DNA of 64,000 nt from Eledone cirrhosa (GCA_964016885.1 OZ024743.1:303366001-303430000); one strand, 5' to 3'. Positions 26,925 through 41,700 are shown, numbered from the stretch's first letter. Numbers and translations: made by a program. Notes: generated by a model not told the origin, from the sequence alone.

Positions 26925-29900
26925 ATGCCAACATGGCCGTATTAAGAGTAGGAAATTTAAATGTTCGAGGCCTTATGTGTCTAGAAATGGATGTAATTGC
27001 CGTCAGCGAGACCAGGATTTCCGACACGCGCGCACTATCCCACATTTTCGACAACTATCAGAACTATGCATGTTAGCCGGCCGGAATGGGAGGCGGGGTG
27101 GCAGTGCTGTTCAGGAAAGGCTGGATCTCGAGGTTAGGTCGATCTTCCGGGAACCGGACGGGAAGTTGGAAGTCCTGGACGTGAACAATAACGAAGTTGG
27201 TGCCTTTAGACTGGTGGCCGTCTATGCTCCTACTGGGGCAGGACGGTAGGACTTCTTTAGACGCCTGGAAGCCTTTCTGGGTACGTCTCGCCCTTTACTT
27301 TTAGTGTTTCCTTTTTGCTGGAACGGTATCTTCGACGCACGCTGGGACTGTGTGGGAGTATCCGATAGGAGCGGGGGGTGCAAAATCCTCAAGAACATGA
27401 TCAGCCAGTTCCAACTGTCTGATAGGTACCGACTAGATTTCCCTCAGGCGCCAGTGTGGGCCTGGGCTAACCGCATAGGGTCATTTAGATCGTATATAGA
27501 CAGGATATTCATTAGGAAAATAGACAGAAATAGTGTAAGCTGTCCACGTTTTAAAACGGTCGCCTATTCAGATCACAAGTTTGTGATCTGTACGGTCGAC
27601 CTAGATAAGACGCGTAGGTTAGGACCTGGTTACTGGAAGCTAAACAAGTCATTTCCGGCACGTAAGGCTTACAGGGACCAGGTGAACAATTTAGTTATGG
27701 AAAAGTTGACATAGGGAGTCATCAACAATAGATGGTGGGGGGCTCTCAAAAGAGAGATTATAGTAATGTCGATAGAGTTTAGTAAAGAAGTAGCGTTAGA
27801 GAAAAATAGAAAGGAGGAGTAGTTGGTAGCTAAGTTAGACGAGGCTGTCGGTAGTGGCATTGCAGCTGACGTGCTAGCGGCGTGAATGGCTTAGACCATT
27901 TCTTCAATGCGAAACACGAAGGTTGCATTGTCAGAGCTAAGGCGCGTGCTTTGAAGAACGAGGTAACGAAAGCTATTCAATTGGCCTGCGTGGGAGAGGT
28001 GCAGCGTGGTAATAAAACCACGATTCGGTCTTTGACGGACCGAGACGGACACGAGCTGAGCGATTCCAAGCGGATGTGTGAGACCTTTCGCCAACATTTT
28101 GCTCGGTTGTTCAGGGGAAGTTGTGGGTCACAGAGGGTGGCGGACTTCAGTCCCTACCTCGATGGCTTGTCGCAACTGTCGACAACTGACGCTGGGCACT
28201 GCAAAAGGCGAATTACAATAGCCGAGATTCAGGATGCCCTTGTCGGCTGCATGGGGCGCAAGTCACCCGGTTTGGACGGTCAGCCCTAAGAGCTTACGTA
28301 AATATGCCAGACTTGTTCTCCAATCTCCTAGAAGCCTTCTACTGCAACTGGCAGAAAAACGGGAGTATTCCCAGTTCTGTGAGACGGGGCATAGTGGCGC
28401 TGATAAGGAAAGACGAATATAAGAGGGACACATTAGACAAGTTCAGGCCCATAACTCTTCTCAACACAGAGTTTAAGATTTTGGCCAGGGTGTCAGCGAA
28501 GAGGTTGACGCTTGTCGTCGGGGATTCGGTTGGGGAGGCGCAAACTTGCGCAATAACAACCAGGTCCATACACGACAACCTCCACCTAATGCGATACATC
28601 ATAGAGAGGGTAGGGTGTAAACCTGGCTTCGGTGGATCAATCGAAAGCATTCGATAGGTTCGACCATCGGCACGTGGATGCTGTCCTCAATGCGGCTGGC
28701 TACGGCCCCGTCTTCAGAAGCTGGATCGCTGCAATGCACAGCGGCATCTGCTCGATGGTAAAAATTAATGGCCACCTCTCGGAACCGTTTCAGGTCTCAC
28801 GATCTGTCCGTCAAGGGTGCCCTCTCTCCTCCCTTCTGTACGTATTGACTCTCGAGCCTTTACTGCGGAAGCTGGAGCTGTTGCAGGGCATCCCGCTCGA
28901 ACCGGGACGCGGAAAGGCCGTGTCGGCTTATGTGGACGACATCACCATGATGGTGTCGTACACCTCAGAAGTCGAGGTGGTAGGCAACTTATTGGAGGAA
29001 TATGAACGGTTGACGGGAGCAAAACTTAACCCGGAAAAGTCGGTGGGCTTGCAACACGGCACCTGGAGAGGCAAGTCCATGCCGTCCAAGAGCATCGTTA
29101 GGCGCTGGACGGACGGACCGTAAAAGTTGCTAGGGGTTTGGTTCGGGCCAGACCTCAAGGTGGTTAAGAATTGAGACGAGGTGACGGGCAGTGTAGCCAG
29201 TCTCACCCAGAAATGGGCTATCAATGAAGGTCGGGCAGAGGTGGCGAACGCGTACATCGCGTCCGTCATCTACTACCGTCTGACTGTCGTCCCTTGTCCC
29301 CGTTCGCGCCTCGCCATCTTGGAGCGGCTCCTCTTCTAATTCTTGTGGAGGGGTCAGGTTCCGCCGGTGAGGTGGTCCATCTGCTGCCAGCACACTCTAC
29401 GTGGAGGGCTGGACATGCAGTGGCTAATGAGGCTGCGGCATCTCCAGATATTCTGCCTAAACGGTGAACAGGTGTGGTCGCCGTTTGTCAGACGGGCATT
29501 TCCGCAGCTCGTTTCTTTGACTGAGTTGCAGTCCTGGGTCAAGAAGAGACTGAGACTGGGTGACTGGCATCTGGAACGTTGCCAGGCACTCACTGCCCTC
29601 TACCAGGCGGGCAATTCGGTCAGTGGAACTTCCACTCTCGAGTTCTATAGAGGACTAGTGGTGGGCAAGTGCGACGACGCACTCGTAGAGGCTCTGGGAG
29701 TCAACGAAGTCGAACTAACCAGTCTGTACCGGAGGACTTTCGAGCCGGGGTCGATGGATAATTTCCAAAAATCCCTAGTTTGGCAGTGCTACCGGGGGGC
29801 ACTGCCGATTCGAGATAAATTCTACAGGCACGGAAGTGCTGTCAGACGGACCTGCCCGAGATGCACGCAGAGCGACGAAACCGTTCTGCACGCACTCGTC

Positions 29901-30268
29901 CAGTGTCCGTGCATTATTGACTTGTGGAGATGTGTTGAACAGCTGTTGTCGCGTGTAGAACGGATCCGGCTATCGGCCGAGTCCATAGTGAAGATCGACC
30001 CGCCGCCTTCTTTTGGCCAGGAAGGGCAGGCAATTTTCCTCTGTCTAGTGGCAGTAGCGAAAGAGGTTGTATGGTGGACGAGGCTGAAAGGACTGAAGAC
30101 AGACACTTTTCTCTTCGGCCAATCCCTCATCAACTTTGTCAAGTTTCACTTGGAAAGGATGGTTAGGGTGGAGAGAGAAGCGCTTCCCCCCAGTACATTT
30201 GCTGAAAGGTGGGTGAATATGGCGAGAATGGCCCTGTGAGTGGGTCTACTCTGGTCATGCGGCTGTAG
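26925..30268 (+). pseudogene. Tx1 ORF2 (APE + RT + CCHC), disrupted
   Basis: VAVYAP, SYIDRIF, SDHKFV, GPGYWKLN, KSPGLDG, FRPITLLN, QSKAFDRFDH, RQGCPLS, AYVDDI and CPRC...HALVQC. Confidence 0.92.
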
Positions 30269-30540
30269 GTAGGTAAATTTGAAGAGGAGAGGGGGTGCCC
30301 TTCCAGCGTGCTCTCGAAGTGTCGGGTCGTTCAGGACTGGTGGGTTACCTCAGCGAACCCTAGGTGGTCATCCCCCCTATTGGGGAAATTTTTCTTGTAA
30401 TTTTATTGTTACTTTATTGTTAATTTGTTATTGTTACTTTGTTTATTCATATTGTTTACTCGATTTTTCTGTAAAACCCCACTGTCCCAGTCTTTGTATT
30501 GTCCCCTATACGTCGGCCCTTGAGGCCAATTAATGAAATC

Positions 30541-30622
30541 ATTATTATTATTATTTAGTAGTAGTAGTAGTAGTGGTAGTAGTAGTAGTAGTAGTAGTAG
30601 CAGAAGCAGGAGCAGCATAAGC

Positions 30623-30674
<52 letters not shown>

Positions 30675-30715
30675 GTAGTAGTAGTAGTAGTAGCAGAAGC
30701 AGGAGCAGCAGAAGC

Positions 30716-30774
<59 letters not shown>

Positions 30775-30818
30775 CAGTAGTAATAGTAGCAGTAGTAGTA
30801 GTAGTAGTAGTAGTAGTA
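30541..30818. repeat. (ATT)n/(AGT)n compound microsatellite
   Basis: Read directly from the sequence. Confidence 0.95.
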
Positions 30819-30926
30819 TGCTGGTGTATGTGATTCATTAACATTCTTATTTGGTATTTTCTTTCGTCGTGTTTCCTTTAGCTGGTCGTAATTTGGGTAA
30901 TCTTGTCATTTTATCTATTGTGGGTG

Positions 30927-33900
30927 TTAAATGCATTTCATTTCTTGTGTTGGAGATGATTCTGCCGTCTTCAATACTGGTGTTAGTCGTGATGTTGTCG
31001 TTGTGGTGAAGGTGATGTTGGCAACGTTGGCATTTGTGGTTGTGGTTGTAGTGAAGGTGATGTTGGTGACGTTGGCATTTGTGGTTGTGGTTGTAGTGAA
31101 GGTGATGTTGGTGACGTTGGCATTTGTGGATGTGGTGAAGGTGATGTTGGTGACGTTGACATTTGTGGTGGTGGTGAAGGTGATGTTGGTGACGTTGGCA
31201 TCTGTGGTTGTGGTTGTAGTGAAGGTGATGTTGGTGACGTTGGCATTTGTGGTTGTGGTGAATGTGATGTTGGTGATGGGGGCATTTGTGGTGGTGGTGA
31301 AGGTGATGTTGGTGACATTGGCATTTGTGGTTGTGGTGAAGGTGATGTTGGTGACGTTGGCATTTGTGGTTGTGGTGAATGTGATGTTGGTGATGGTGGC
31401 ATTTGTGGTGGTGGTGAAGGTGATGTTGGTGACGTTGGCATTTGTGGTTGTGGTGAAGGTGATGTTGGTGACGTTGGCATTTGTGGTTGTGGTGCATGTG
31501 ATGTTGGTGACGTTGGCATTTGTGGTTGTGGTGCATGTGATGTTGGTGACGTTGGCATTTGTGGTTGTGGTGAATGTGATGTTGGTGATGGTGGCATTTG
31601 TGGTGGTGGTGAAGGTGATGTTGGTGACGTTGGCATTTGTGGTTGTGGTGAAGGTGATGTTGGTGACGGTGGCATTTGTGGTGGTGGTGAAGGTGATGTT
31701 GGTGACGGTGGCATTTGTGGTGGTGGTGAAGGTGATGTTTGTGACGTTGGCATTTGTGGTTGTGGTGAAGGTGATGTTGGTGATGTTGGCATTTGTGGTT
31801 GTGGTGAAGCTGATGTTGGTGACGTTGGCATTTGTGGTTGTGGTGAAGGTGATGTTGGTGACGTTGGCGTTTGTGATTGTGGTTATGGTGAAGGTGATGT
31901 TGGTGACGTTGGCATTTGTGGTTGTGCTGAAGGTGATGTTGGTGACGTTGGCATTTGTGGTTGTGGTTGTGGTGAAGGTGATGTTGGTGACGTTGGCATT
32001 TGTGGTTGTGGTTATGGTGAAGGTGATGTTGGTGACGTTGGCATTTATGGTTGTGGTTGTGGTGAAGGTGATGTTGGTGACGTTGGCATTTGTGGTTGTG
32101 GTGAAGGTGATGTTGGTGACGTTGGCATTTGTGGTTGTGGTTGTGCTAAAGGTGATGTTGGTGACGTTGGCATTTGTGGTTGTGGTTGTGGTGAAGGTGA
32201 TGTTGGTGACGTTGGCATTTGTGGTTGTGGTTGTGGTGAAGGTGATGTTGGTGACATTGGCATTTGTGGTTGTGGTTATGGTGAAGGTGATGTTGGTGAC
32301 GTTGGCATTTGTGGTTGTGGTGAAGGTGATGTTGGTGACGTTGGCATTTGTGGTTGTGGTTATGGTGAAGGTGATGTTGGTGACGCTGGCATTTGTGGTT
32401 GTGGTGAAGGTGATGTTGGTGACGTTGGCATTTGTAGTTGTGGTTATGGTGAAGGTGATGTTGGTGACGTTGGCATTTGTGGTTGTGGTTATGGTGAAGG
32501 TGATGTTGGTGACGTTGGCATTTGTGGTTGTGATGAAGGTGATGTTGGTGACGTTGGCATTTATGGTTGTGGTTGTGGTGAAGGTGATGTTTGTGACGCT
32601 GGCATTTGTGGTTGTGGTTGTGGTGAAGGTGATGTTGGTGACGTTGGCCTTTATGGTTGAGGTGAAGGTGATGTTGGTGACATTGGCATTTGTGGTGGTG
32701 GTGAAGGTGATGTTGGTGTCGTTGGTATTTGTGGTTGTGGTGAATGTGATGTTGGTGACGCTGGCATTTGTGGTTGTGGTGAAGTTGATGTTGGTGACGT
32801 TGGCATTTGTGGTTGTGCTGAAGGTGATGTTGGTGACGTTGGTATTTGTGGCTGTGATGAAGGTGATGTTGGTGACGTTGGCATTTGTGGTTGTGGTAAT
32901 GTTGGTGACGTTGGCATTTGTGGTTGTGGTGAAGGTGATGCTGGTGACGTTGGCATTTGTGGTTATGCTGAAGGTGTTGTTGGTGACGTTGGTATTTGTG
33001 GTGAAGGTGAAGGTGATGTTGGTGACTTTGGCATTTGTGGTTGTGGTGAAGGTGATGTTGGTGACATTGGCATTTTTGGTTGTGGTGAAGGTGATGTTGG
33101 TGACGTTGGCATTTGTGGTTGTGGTGAAGGTGATGTTGGTGACGTAGGCATTTGTGGTTGTGGTGAAGGTGATGTTGGTGACATTGGTATTAGTGGTTGT
33201 GGTGAAGATGATGTTGGTGACGTTGGCATTTGTGGTTGTGGTTAAGGTGATGTTGGTGACGTTGGCATTTGTGGCTGTGGTTAAGGTGATGTTGGTGACG
33301 TTGGCATTTGTGGTTGTGGTGAAGGTGATGTTGGTGACGTTGGCGTTTGTGGTTGTGGTTGTGGTGAAGGTGATGTTGGTGACGTTGGCATTTGTGGTTG
33401 TGGTGAAGGTGATGTTGGTGACGTTGGCATTTGTGGTTGTGGTTGTGCTAAAGGTGATTTTGGTGACGTTGGCATTTGTGGTTGTGGTTGTGGTGAAGGT
33501 GATGTTGGTGACGTTGGCATTTGTGGTTGTGGTTGTGGTGAAGGTGATGTTGGTGACGTTGGCATTTGTGGTTGTGGTTATGGTGAAGGTGATGCTGGTG
33601 ACGTTGGCATTTGTGGTTGTGGTGAAGGTGATGTTGGTGACGTTGGCATTTGTGGTTGTGGTTATGGTGAAGGTGCTGTTGGTGACGTTGGCATTTGTGG
33701 TTGTGGTGAAGGTGATGTTGGTGACGTTCGCATTTGTAGTTGTGGTTATGGTGAAGGTGATGTTGGTGACGTTGGTATTTGTGGTTGTGATGAAGGTGAT
33801 GTTGGTGACGTTGGCATTTATGGTTGTGGTTGTGGTGAAGGTGATGTTGGTGACGTTGGCATTTGTGGTTGTGGTTATGGTGAAGGTGATGCTGGTGACG

Positions 33901-36900
33901 TTGGCATTTGTGGTTGTGGTGAAGGTGATGTTGGTGACGTTGGCATTTGTGGTTGTGGTTATGGTGAAGGTGCTGTTGGTGACGTTGGCATTTGTGGTTG
34001 TGGTGAAGGTGATGTTGGTGACGTTCGCATTTGTAGTTGTGGTTGTGGTGAAGGTGATGTTGGTGACGTTGGCATTTGTGGTTGTGGTGAAGGTGATGTT
34101 GGTGACGTTGGCATTTGTGGTTGTGGTTATGGTGAAGGTGATGTTGGTGACGTTGGCATTTGTGGTTGTGTTAAAGGTGATATTGGTGACGTTGGCATTT
34201 GTAGTTGTGGTTATGGTGAAGGTGATGTTGGTGACGTTGGCATTTGTGGTTGTGGTTATGGTGAAGGTGATGTTGGTGACGATGGCATTTGTGGTTGTGA
34301 TGAAGGTGATGTTGGTGACGTTGGCATTTATGGTTGTGGTTGTGGTGAAGGTGATGTTGATGACGTTGGCATTTGTGGTTGTGGTTGTGGTGAAGGTGAT
34401 GTTGGTGACGTTGGCATTTGTGGTTGAGGTGAAGGTGATGTTGGTGACGTTGGCATTTGTGGTGGTGGTGAAGGTGATGTTGGTGACGTTGGTATTTGTG
34501 GTTGTGGTGAAGTTGATGTTGGTGACGTTGGCATTTGTGGTTGTGGTGAAGGTGATGTTGGTGACGTTGGTATTTGTGGCTGTGATGAAGGTGATGTTGG
34601 TGACGTTGGCATTTGTGGTTGTGGTGATGTTGGTGACGTTGGCATTTGTGGTTATGCTGAAGGTGATGTTGGTGACATTGGCATTTGTGGTGAAGGTGAA
34701 GGTGATGGTGGTGACTTTGGCATTTGTGGTTGTGGTGAAGGTGATGTTTGTGACATTGGCATTTTTGGTTGTGGTGAAGGTGATGTTGGTGACGTTGGCA
34801 TTTGTGGTTGTGGTGAAGGTAATGTTGGTGACGTTGGCATTTGTGGTTGTGGTTGTGCTAAAGGTGATTTTGGTGACCTTGGCATTTGTGGTTGTGGTTG
34901 TGGTGAAGGTGATGTTGGTGACGTTGGCATTTGTGGTTGTGATGAAGGTGATGTTGGTGACGTTGGCATTTATGGTTGTGGTTGTGGTGAAGGTGATGTT
35001 GGTGACGTTGGCATTTGTGGTTGTGGTTGTGGTGAAGGTGATGTTGGTGACGTTGGCATTTGTGGTTGTGGTTGTGGTGAAGGTGATGTTGGTGACGCTG
35101 GCATTTGTGGTTGTGGTTATGGTGAAGGTGATGTTGGTGACGTTGGCATTTGTGGTTGTGGTGAAGGTGATTTTGGTGACGTTGGCATTTGTAGTTGTGG
35201 TTATGGTGAAGGTGATGTTGGTGACGTTGGCATTTGTGGTTGTGATGAAGGTGATGTTGGTGACGTTGGCATTTATGGTTGTGGTTGTGGTGAAGGTCAT
35301 GTTGGTGACGCTGGCATTTGTGGTTGTGGTTATGGTGAAGGTGATGTTGGTGAAGTTGGCATTTGTGGTTGTGGTGAAGGTGATGTTGGTGACGTTGGCA
35401 TATGTGGTTGTGGTTATGGTGAAGGTGATGTTGGTGACGTTGGCATTTGTGGTTGTGGTGAAGGTGATGTTGGTGACGTTGGCATTTGTGGTTGTGGTTA
35501 TGGTGAAGGTGATGTTGGTGACGTTGGCATTTGTGGTTGTGATGAAGGTGATGTTGGTGACGTTGGCATTTATGGTTGTGGTTGTTGGGAAGGTGATGTT
35601 GGTGACGTTGGCATTTGTGGTTGTGGTTGTGGTGAAGGTGATGTTGGTGACGTTGGCATTTGTGGTTGAGGTGAAGGTGATGTTGGTGACGTTGGCATTT
35701 GTGATTGTGGTGAAGTTGATGTTGGTGACGTTGGCATTTGTGGTTGTGGTTAAGGTGATGTTGGTGACGTTGGTATTTCTGGCTGTGATGAAGGTGATGT
35801 TGGTGACGTTGGCTTTTGTGGTTGTGGTGATGTTGGTGACGTTGGCATTTGTGGTTGTGGTGAAGGTGATGCTGGTGACGTTGGCATTTGTGGTTATGCT
35901 GAAGGTGATGTTGGTGTCATTGGCATGTGTGGTGAAGGTGAAGGTGATGGTGGTGACTTTGGCATTTGTGGTTGTGATGAAGGTGATGTTGGTGACATTG
36001 GCATTTTTGGTTGTGGTGAAGGTGATGTTGGTGACGTTGGCATTTGTGGTTGTGGTGAAGGTGATGTTGGTGACGTTGGCATTTGTGGTTGTCGTGAATG
36101 TGATGTTGGTGACGTTGGTATTTGTGGCTGTGATGAAGGTGATGTTGGTGACGTTGGCATTTGTGGTTGTGGAGATGTTGGTGACGTTGGCATTTGTGGT
36201 TGTGGTGAAGGTGATGCTGGTGACGTTGGCATTTGTGGTTATGCTGAAGGTGATGTTGGTGACGTTGGTATTTGTGGTGAAGGTGAAGGTGATGTTGGTG
36301 ACTTTGGCATTTGTGGTTGTGGTGAAGGTGATGTTGGTGACATTGGCATTTTTGGTTGTGGTGAAGGTGATGTTGGTGACGTTGGCATTTGTGGTTGTGG
36401 TGAAGGTGATGTTGGTGACGTAGGCATTTGTGGTTGTGGTGAAGGTGATGTTGGTGACGTTGGCATTTGCGGTTGTGGTGATGTTGGTGACGTTGGCATT
36501 TGTGGTTGTGGTGATGTTGGTGACTTTGGCATTTGTGGTTGTGGTGAAGGTGATGTTGGTGACATTGGCATTTTTGGTTGTGGTGAAGTTGATGTTGGTG
36601 ACGTTGGCATTTGTGGTTGTGGTGAAGGTGATGTTGGTGACGTTGGCATTTGTGGTTGTGGTGAAGGTGATGTTGGTGACGTTGGCATTTGTAGTTGTGG
36701 TTATGGTGAAGGTGATGTTGGTGACGTTGGCATTTGTGGTTGTGGTTATGGTGAAGGTGATGTTGGTGACGTTGGCATTTGTGGTTGTGATGAAGGTGAT
36801 GTTGGTGACGTTGGCATTTATGGTTGTGGTTGTTGGGAAGGTGATGTTGGTGACGTTGGCATTTGTGGTTGTGGTTGTGGTGAAGGTGATGTTAGTGACG

Positions 36901-38768
36901 TTGGCATTTGTGGTTGAGGTGAAGGTGATGTTGGTGACGTTGGCATTTGTGGTGGTGGTGAAGGTGATGTTGGTGACGTTGGTATTTGTGGTGAAGGTGA
37001 AGGTGATGTTGGTGACTTTGGCATTTGTGGTTGTGGTGAAGGTGATGTTGGTGACATTGGCATTTTTGGTTGTGGTGAAGGTGATGTTGGTGACGTTGGC
37101 ATTTGTGGTTGTGGTGAAGGTGATGTTGGTGACGTAGGCATTTGTGGTTGTGGTGAAGGTGATGTTGGTGACGTTGGCATTTGTGGTTGTGGTGATGTTG
37201 GTGACGTTGGCATTTGTGGTTGTGGTGAAGGTGATGTTGGTGACGTTGGCATTTGTAGTTGTGGTTATGGTGAAGGTGATGTTGGTGACGTTGGCATTTG
37301 TGGTTGTGGTTATGGTGAAGGTGATGTTGGTGACGTTGGCATTTGTGGTTGTGATGAAGGTGATGTTGGTGACGTTGGCATTTGTGGTGGTGGTGAAGGT
37401 GATGTTGGTGACGTTGGTATTTGTGATTGTGGTGAAGTTGATGTTGGTGACGCTGGCATTTGTGGTTGTGGTTAAGGTGATGTTGGTGACGTTGGTATTT
37501 GTGGCTGTGATGAAGGTGATGTTGGTGACGTTGGCTTTTGTGGTTGTGGTGATGTTGGTGACGTTGGCATTTGTGGTTGTGGTGAAGGTGATGCTGGTGA
37601 CGTTGGCATTTGTGGTTATGCTGAAAGTGATGTTGGTGACATTGGCATGTGTGGTGAAGGTGAAGGTGATGGTGGTGACTTTGGCATTTGTGGTTGTGGT
37701 GAAGGTGATGTTGGTGACATTGGCATTTTTGGTTGTGGTGAAGGTGATGTTGGTGACGTTGGCATTTGTGGTTGTGGTGAAGGTGATGTTGGTGACGTTG
37801 GCATTTGTGGTTGTGGTGAATGTGATGTTGGTGACGTTGGTATTTGTGGCTGTGATGAAGGTGATGTTGGTGACGTTGGCATTTGTGGTTGTGGAGATGT
37901 TGGTGACGTTGGCATTTGTGGTTGTGGTGAAGGTGTTGCTGGTGACGTTGGCATTTGTGGTTATGCTGAAGGTGATGTTGGTGACGTTGGTATTTGTGGT
38001 GAAGGTGAAGGTGATGTTGGTGACTTTGGCATTTGTGGTTGTGGTGAAGGTGATGTTGGTGACATTGGTATTTTTGGTTGTGGTGAAGGTGATGTTGGTG
38101 ACGTTGGCATTTGTGGTTGTGGTGAAGGTGATGTTGGTGACGTAGGCATTTGTGGTTGTGGTGAAGGTGATGTTGGTGTCGTTGGCATTTGTGGTTGTGG
38201 TGATGTTGGTGACGTTGGCATTTGTGGTTGTGGTGATGTTGGTGACTTTGGCATTTGTGGTTGTGGTGAAGGTGATGTTGGTGACATTGGCATTTTTGGT
38301 TGTGGTGAAGTTGATGTTGGTGACGTTGGCATTTGTGGTTGTGGTGAAGGTGATGTTGGTGACGTTGGCATTTGTGGTTGTGGTGTTGTTGGTGACGTTG
38401 GCATTTGTGGTTGTGGTGATGTTGGTGACGTTGGCATTTGTGGTTATGCTGAAGGTGATGTTGGTGACGTTGGTATTTGTGGTGAAGGTGAAGGTGATGT
38501 TGGTGACTTTGGCATTTGTGGTTGTGGTGAAGGTGATGTTGGTGACGTTGGCATTTGTGGTTGTGGTGAAGTTGATGTTGGTGACGTTGGCATTTGTGGT
38601 TGTGGTGAAGGTGATGTTGGTGACGTTGGCATTTGTGGTTGTGGTGATGTTGGTGACGTTGGCATTTGTGGTTGTGGTGATGTTGGTGACGTTGGCATTT
38701 GTGTTTATGCTGAAGGTGATGTTGGTGACGTTGGTATTTGTGGTGAAGGTGAAAGTGATGTTGGTGAC
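30927..38768 (-). other. Candidate coding frame within the minisatellite: 2614 codons of (NANVTNITFTTTT)n, mucin-like; coding status unproven
   Basis: No stop seen in this frame between the TAA at 38769-38771 and the terminal stop at 30927. The ORF track shows only 30927-35300 because of its start-codon rule. No signal peptide or convincing splice site found. Confidence 0.3.
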
Positions 38769-41700
38769 TTAGGCATTTGTGGTTGTGGTGAAGGTGATGT
38801 TGGTGACATTGGCATTTTTGGTTGTGGTGAAGGTGATGTTGGTGAAGTTGGCATTTGTGGTTGTGGTGAAGGTGATGTTGGTGACGTTGGCATTTATAGT
38901 TGTGTTTATGGTGAAGGTGATGTTGGTGACCTTGGCATTTGTGGTTGTGGTTATGGTGAAGGTGATGTTGGTGACGTTGGCATTTGTGGTTGTGATGAAG
39001 GTGATGTTGGTGACGTTGGCATTTATGGTTGTGGTTGTGGTGAAGGTGATGTTGGTGACGTTGGCATTTGTGGTTGTGGTTGTGGTGAAGGTGATGTTGG
39101 TGACGTTGGCATTTGTGGTTGAGGTGAAGGTGATGTTGGTGACGTTGGCATTTGTGGTTGTGGTGAAGGTGATGTTGGTGACGTTGGTATTTGTGGCTGT
39201 GATGAAGGTGATGTTGGTGACGTTGGCATTTGTGGTTGTGGTGATGTTGGTGACGTTGGCATTTGTGGTTGTGGTGAAGGTGATGCTGGTGACGTTGGCA
39301 TTTGTGGTTATGCTGAAGGTGATGTTGGTGACATTGGCATTTGTGGTGAAGGTGAAGGTGATGTTGGTGACTTTGGCATTTGTGGTTGTGGTGAAGGTGA
39401 TGTTGGTGACGTTGGCATTTGTGGTTGTGGTGAAGGTGATGTTGGTGACGTTGGCATTTGTGGTTGTGGTGAAGGAGATGTTGATGACGTTGGTATTTGT
39501 GGCTGTGATGAAGGTGATGTTGGTGACGTTGGCATTTGTGGTTGTGGTGATGTTGGTGACGTTGGCATTTGTGGTTGTGGTGAAGGTGATGCTGGTGACG
39601 TTGGCATTTGTGGTTATGCTGAAGGTGATGTTGGTGACGTTGGTATTTGTTGTGAAGGTGAAGGTGATGTTGGTGACTTTGGCATTTGTGGTTGTGGTGA
39701 AGGTGATGTTGGTGACATTGGCATTTTTGGTTGTGGTGAAGGTGATGTTGGTGACGTTGGCATTTGTGGTTGTGGTGAAGGTGATGTTGGTGACGTTGGC
39801 ATTTGTGGTTGTGGTGATGTTGGTGACGTTGGCATTTGTGGTTGTGGTGATGTGGGTGACGTTGGCATTTGTGGTTATGCTGAAGGTGATGTTGGTGACG
39901 TTGGTATTTGTGGTGAAGGTGAAGGTGATGTTGGTGACTTTGGCATTTGTGGTTGTGGTGAAGGTGATGTTGGTGACGTTGGCATTTGTGGTTGTGGTGA
40001 AGTTGATGTTGGTGACGTTGGCATTTGTGGTTGTGGTGAAGGTGATGTTGGTGACGTTGGCATTTGTGGTTGTGGTGATGTTGGTGACGTTGGCATTTGT
40101 GGTTATGCTGAAGGTGATGTTGGTGACGTTGGTATTTGTGGTGAAGGTGAAGGTGATGTTGGTGACTTTGGCATTTGTGGTTGTGGTGAAGGTGATGTTG
40201 GTGACGTTGGCATTTGTGGTTGTGGTGAAGTTGATGTTGGTGACGTTGGCATTTGTGGTTGTGGTGAAGGTGATGTTGGTGACGTTGGCATTTGTGGTTG
40301 TGGTGATGTTGGTGACGTTGGCATTTGTGGTTGTGGTGATGTTGGTGACGTTGGCATTTGTGGTTGTGGTGATGTTGGTGACGTTGGCATTTGTGTTTAT
40401 GCTGAAGGTGATGTTGGTGACGTTGGTATTTGTGGTGAAGGTGAAAGTGATGTTGGTGACTTAGGCATTTGTGGTTGTGGTGAAGGTGATGTTGGTGACA
40501 TTGGCATTTTTGGTTGTGGTGAAGGTGATGTTGGTGAAGTTGGCATTTGTGGTTGTGGTGAAGGTGATGTTGGTGACGTTGGCATTTATAGTTGTGTTTA
40601 TGGTGAAGGTGATGTTGGTGACGTTGGCATTTGTGGTTGTGGTTATGGTGAAGGTGATGTTGGTGACGTTGGCATTTGTGGTTGTGATGAAGGTGATGTT
40701 GGTGACGTTGGCATTTATGGTTGTGGTTGTGGTGAAGGTGATGTTGGTGACGTTGGCATTTGTGGTTGTGGTTGTGGTGAAGGTGATGTTGGTGACGTTG
40801 GCATTTGTGGTTGAGGTGAAGGTGATGTTGGTGACGTTGGCATTTGTGGTGGTCGTGAAGGTGATGTTGGTGACGTTGGTATTTGTGGTTGTGGTGAAGT
40901 TGATGTTGGTGACGTTGGCATTTGTAGTTGTGGTGAAGGTGATGTTGGTGACGTTGGTATTTGTGGCTGTGATGAAGGTGATGTTGGTGACGTTGGCATT
41001 TGTGGTTGTGGTGATGTTGGTGACGTTGGCATTTGTGGTTGTGGTGAAGGTGATGCTGGTGACGTTGGCATTTGTGGTTATGCTGAAGGTGATGTTGGTG
41101 ACATTGGCATTTGTGGTGAAGGTGAAGGTGATGTTGGTGACTTTGGCATTTGTGGTTGTGGTGAAGGTGATGTTGGTGACGTTGGAATTTGTGGTTGTGG
41201 TGAAGGTGATGTTGGTGACGTTGGCATTTGTGGTTGTGGTGAAGGTGATGTTGGTGACGTTGGTATTTGTGGCTGTGATGAAGGTGATGTTGGTGACGTT
41301 GGCATTTGTGGTTGTGGTGATGTTGGTGACGTTGGCATTTGTGGTTGTGGTGAAGGTGATGCTGGTGACGTTGGCATTTGTGGTTATGCTGAAGGTGATG
41401 TTGGTGACGTTGGTATTTGTTGTGAAGGTGAAGGTGATGTTGGTGACTTTGGCATTTGTGGTTGTGGTGAAGGTGATGTTGGTGACACTGGCATTTTTGG
41501 TTGTGGTGAAGGTGATGTTGGTGACGTTGGCATTTGTGGTTGTGGTGAAGGTGATGTTAGTGACGTTGGCATTTGTGGCTGTGGTGATGTTGGTGACGTT
41601 GGCATTTGTGGTTGTGGTGATGTGGGTGACGTTGGCATTTGTGGTTATGCTGAAGGTGATGTTGGTGACGTTGGTATTTGTGGTGAAGGTGAAGGTGATG

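Larger units (their letters stand above)
24745..30540 (+). mobile_element. Tx1/L1-clade non-LTR retrotransposon, near full length, degraded
   Basis: Same layout as 3871-9725 with diverged sequence; flanked by (ATT)n on both sides. Confidence 0.92.
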
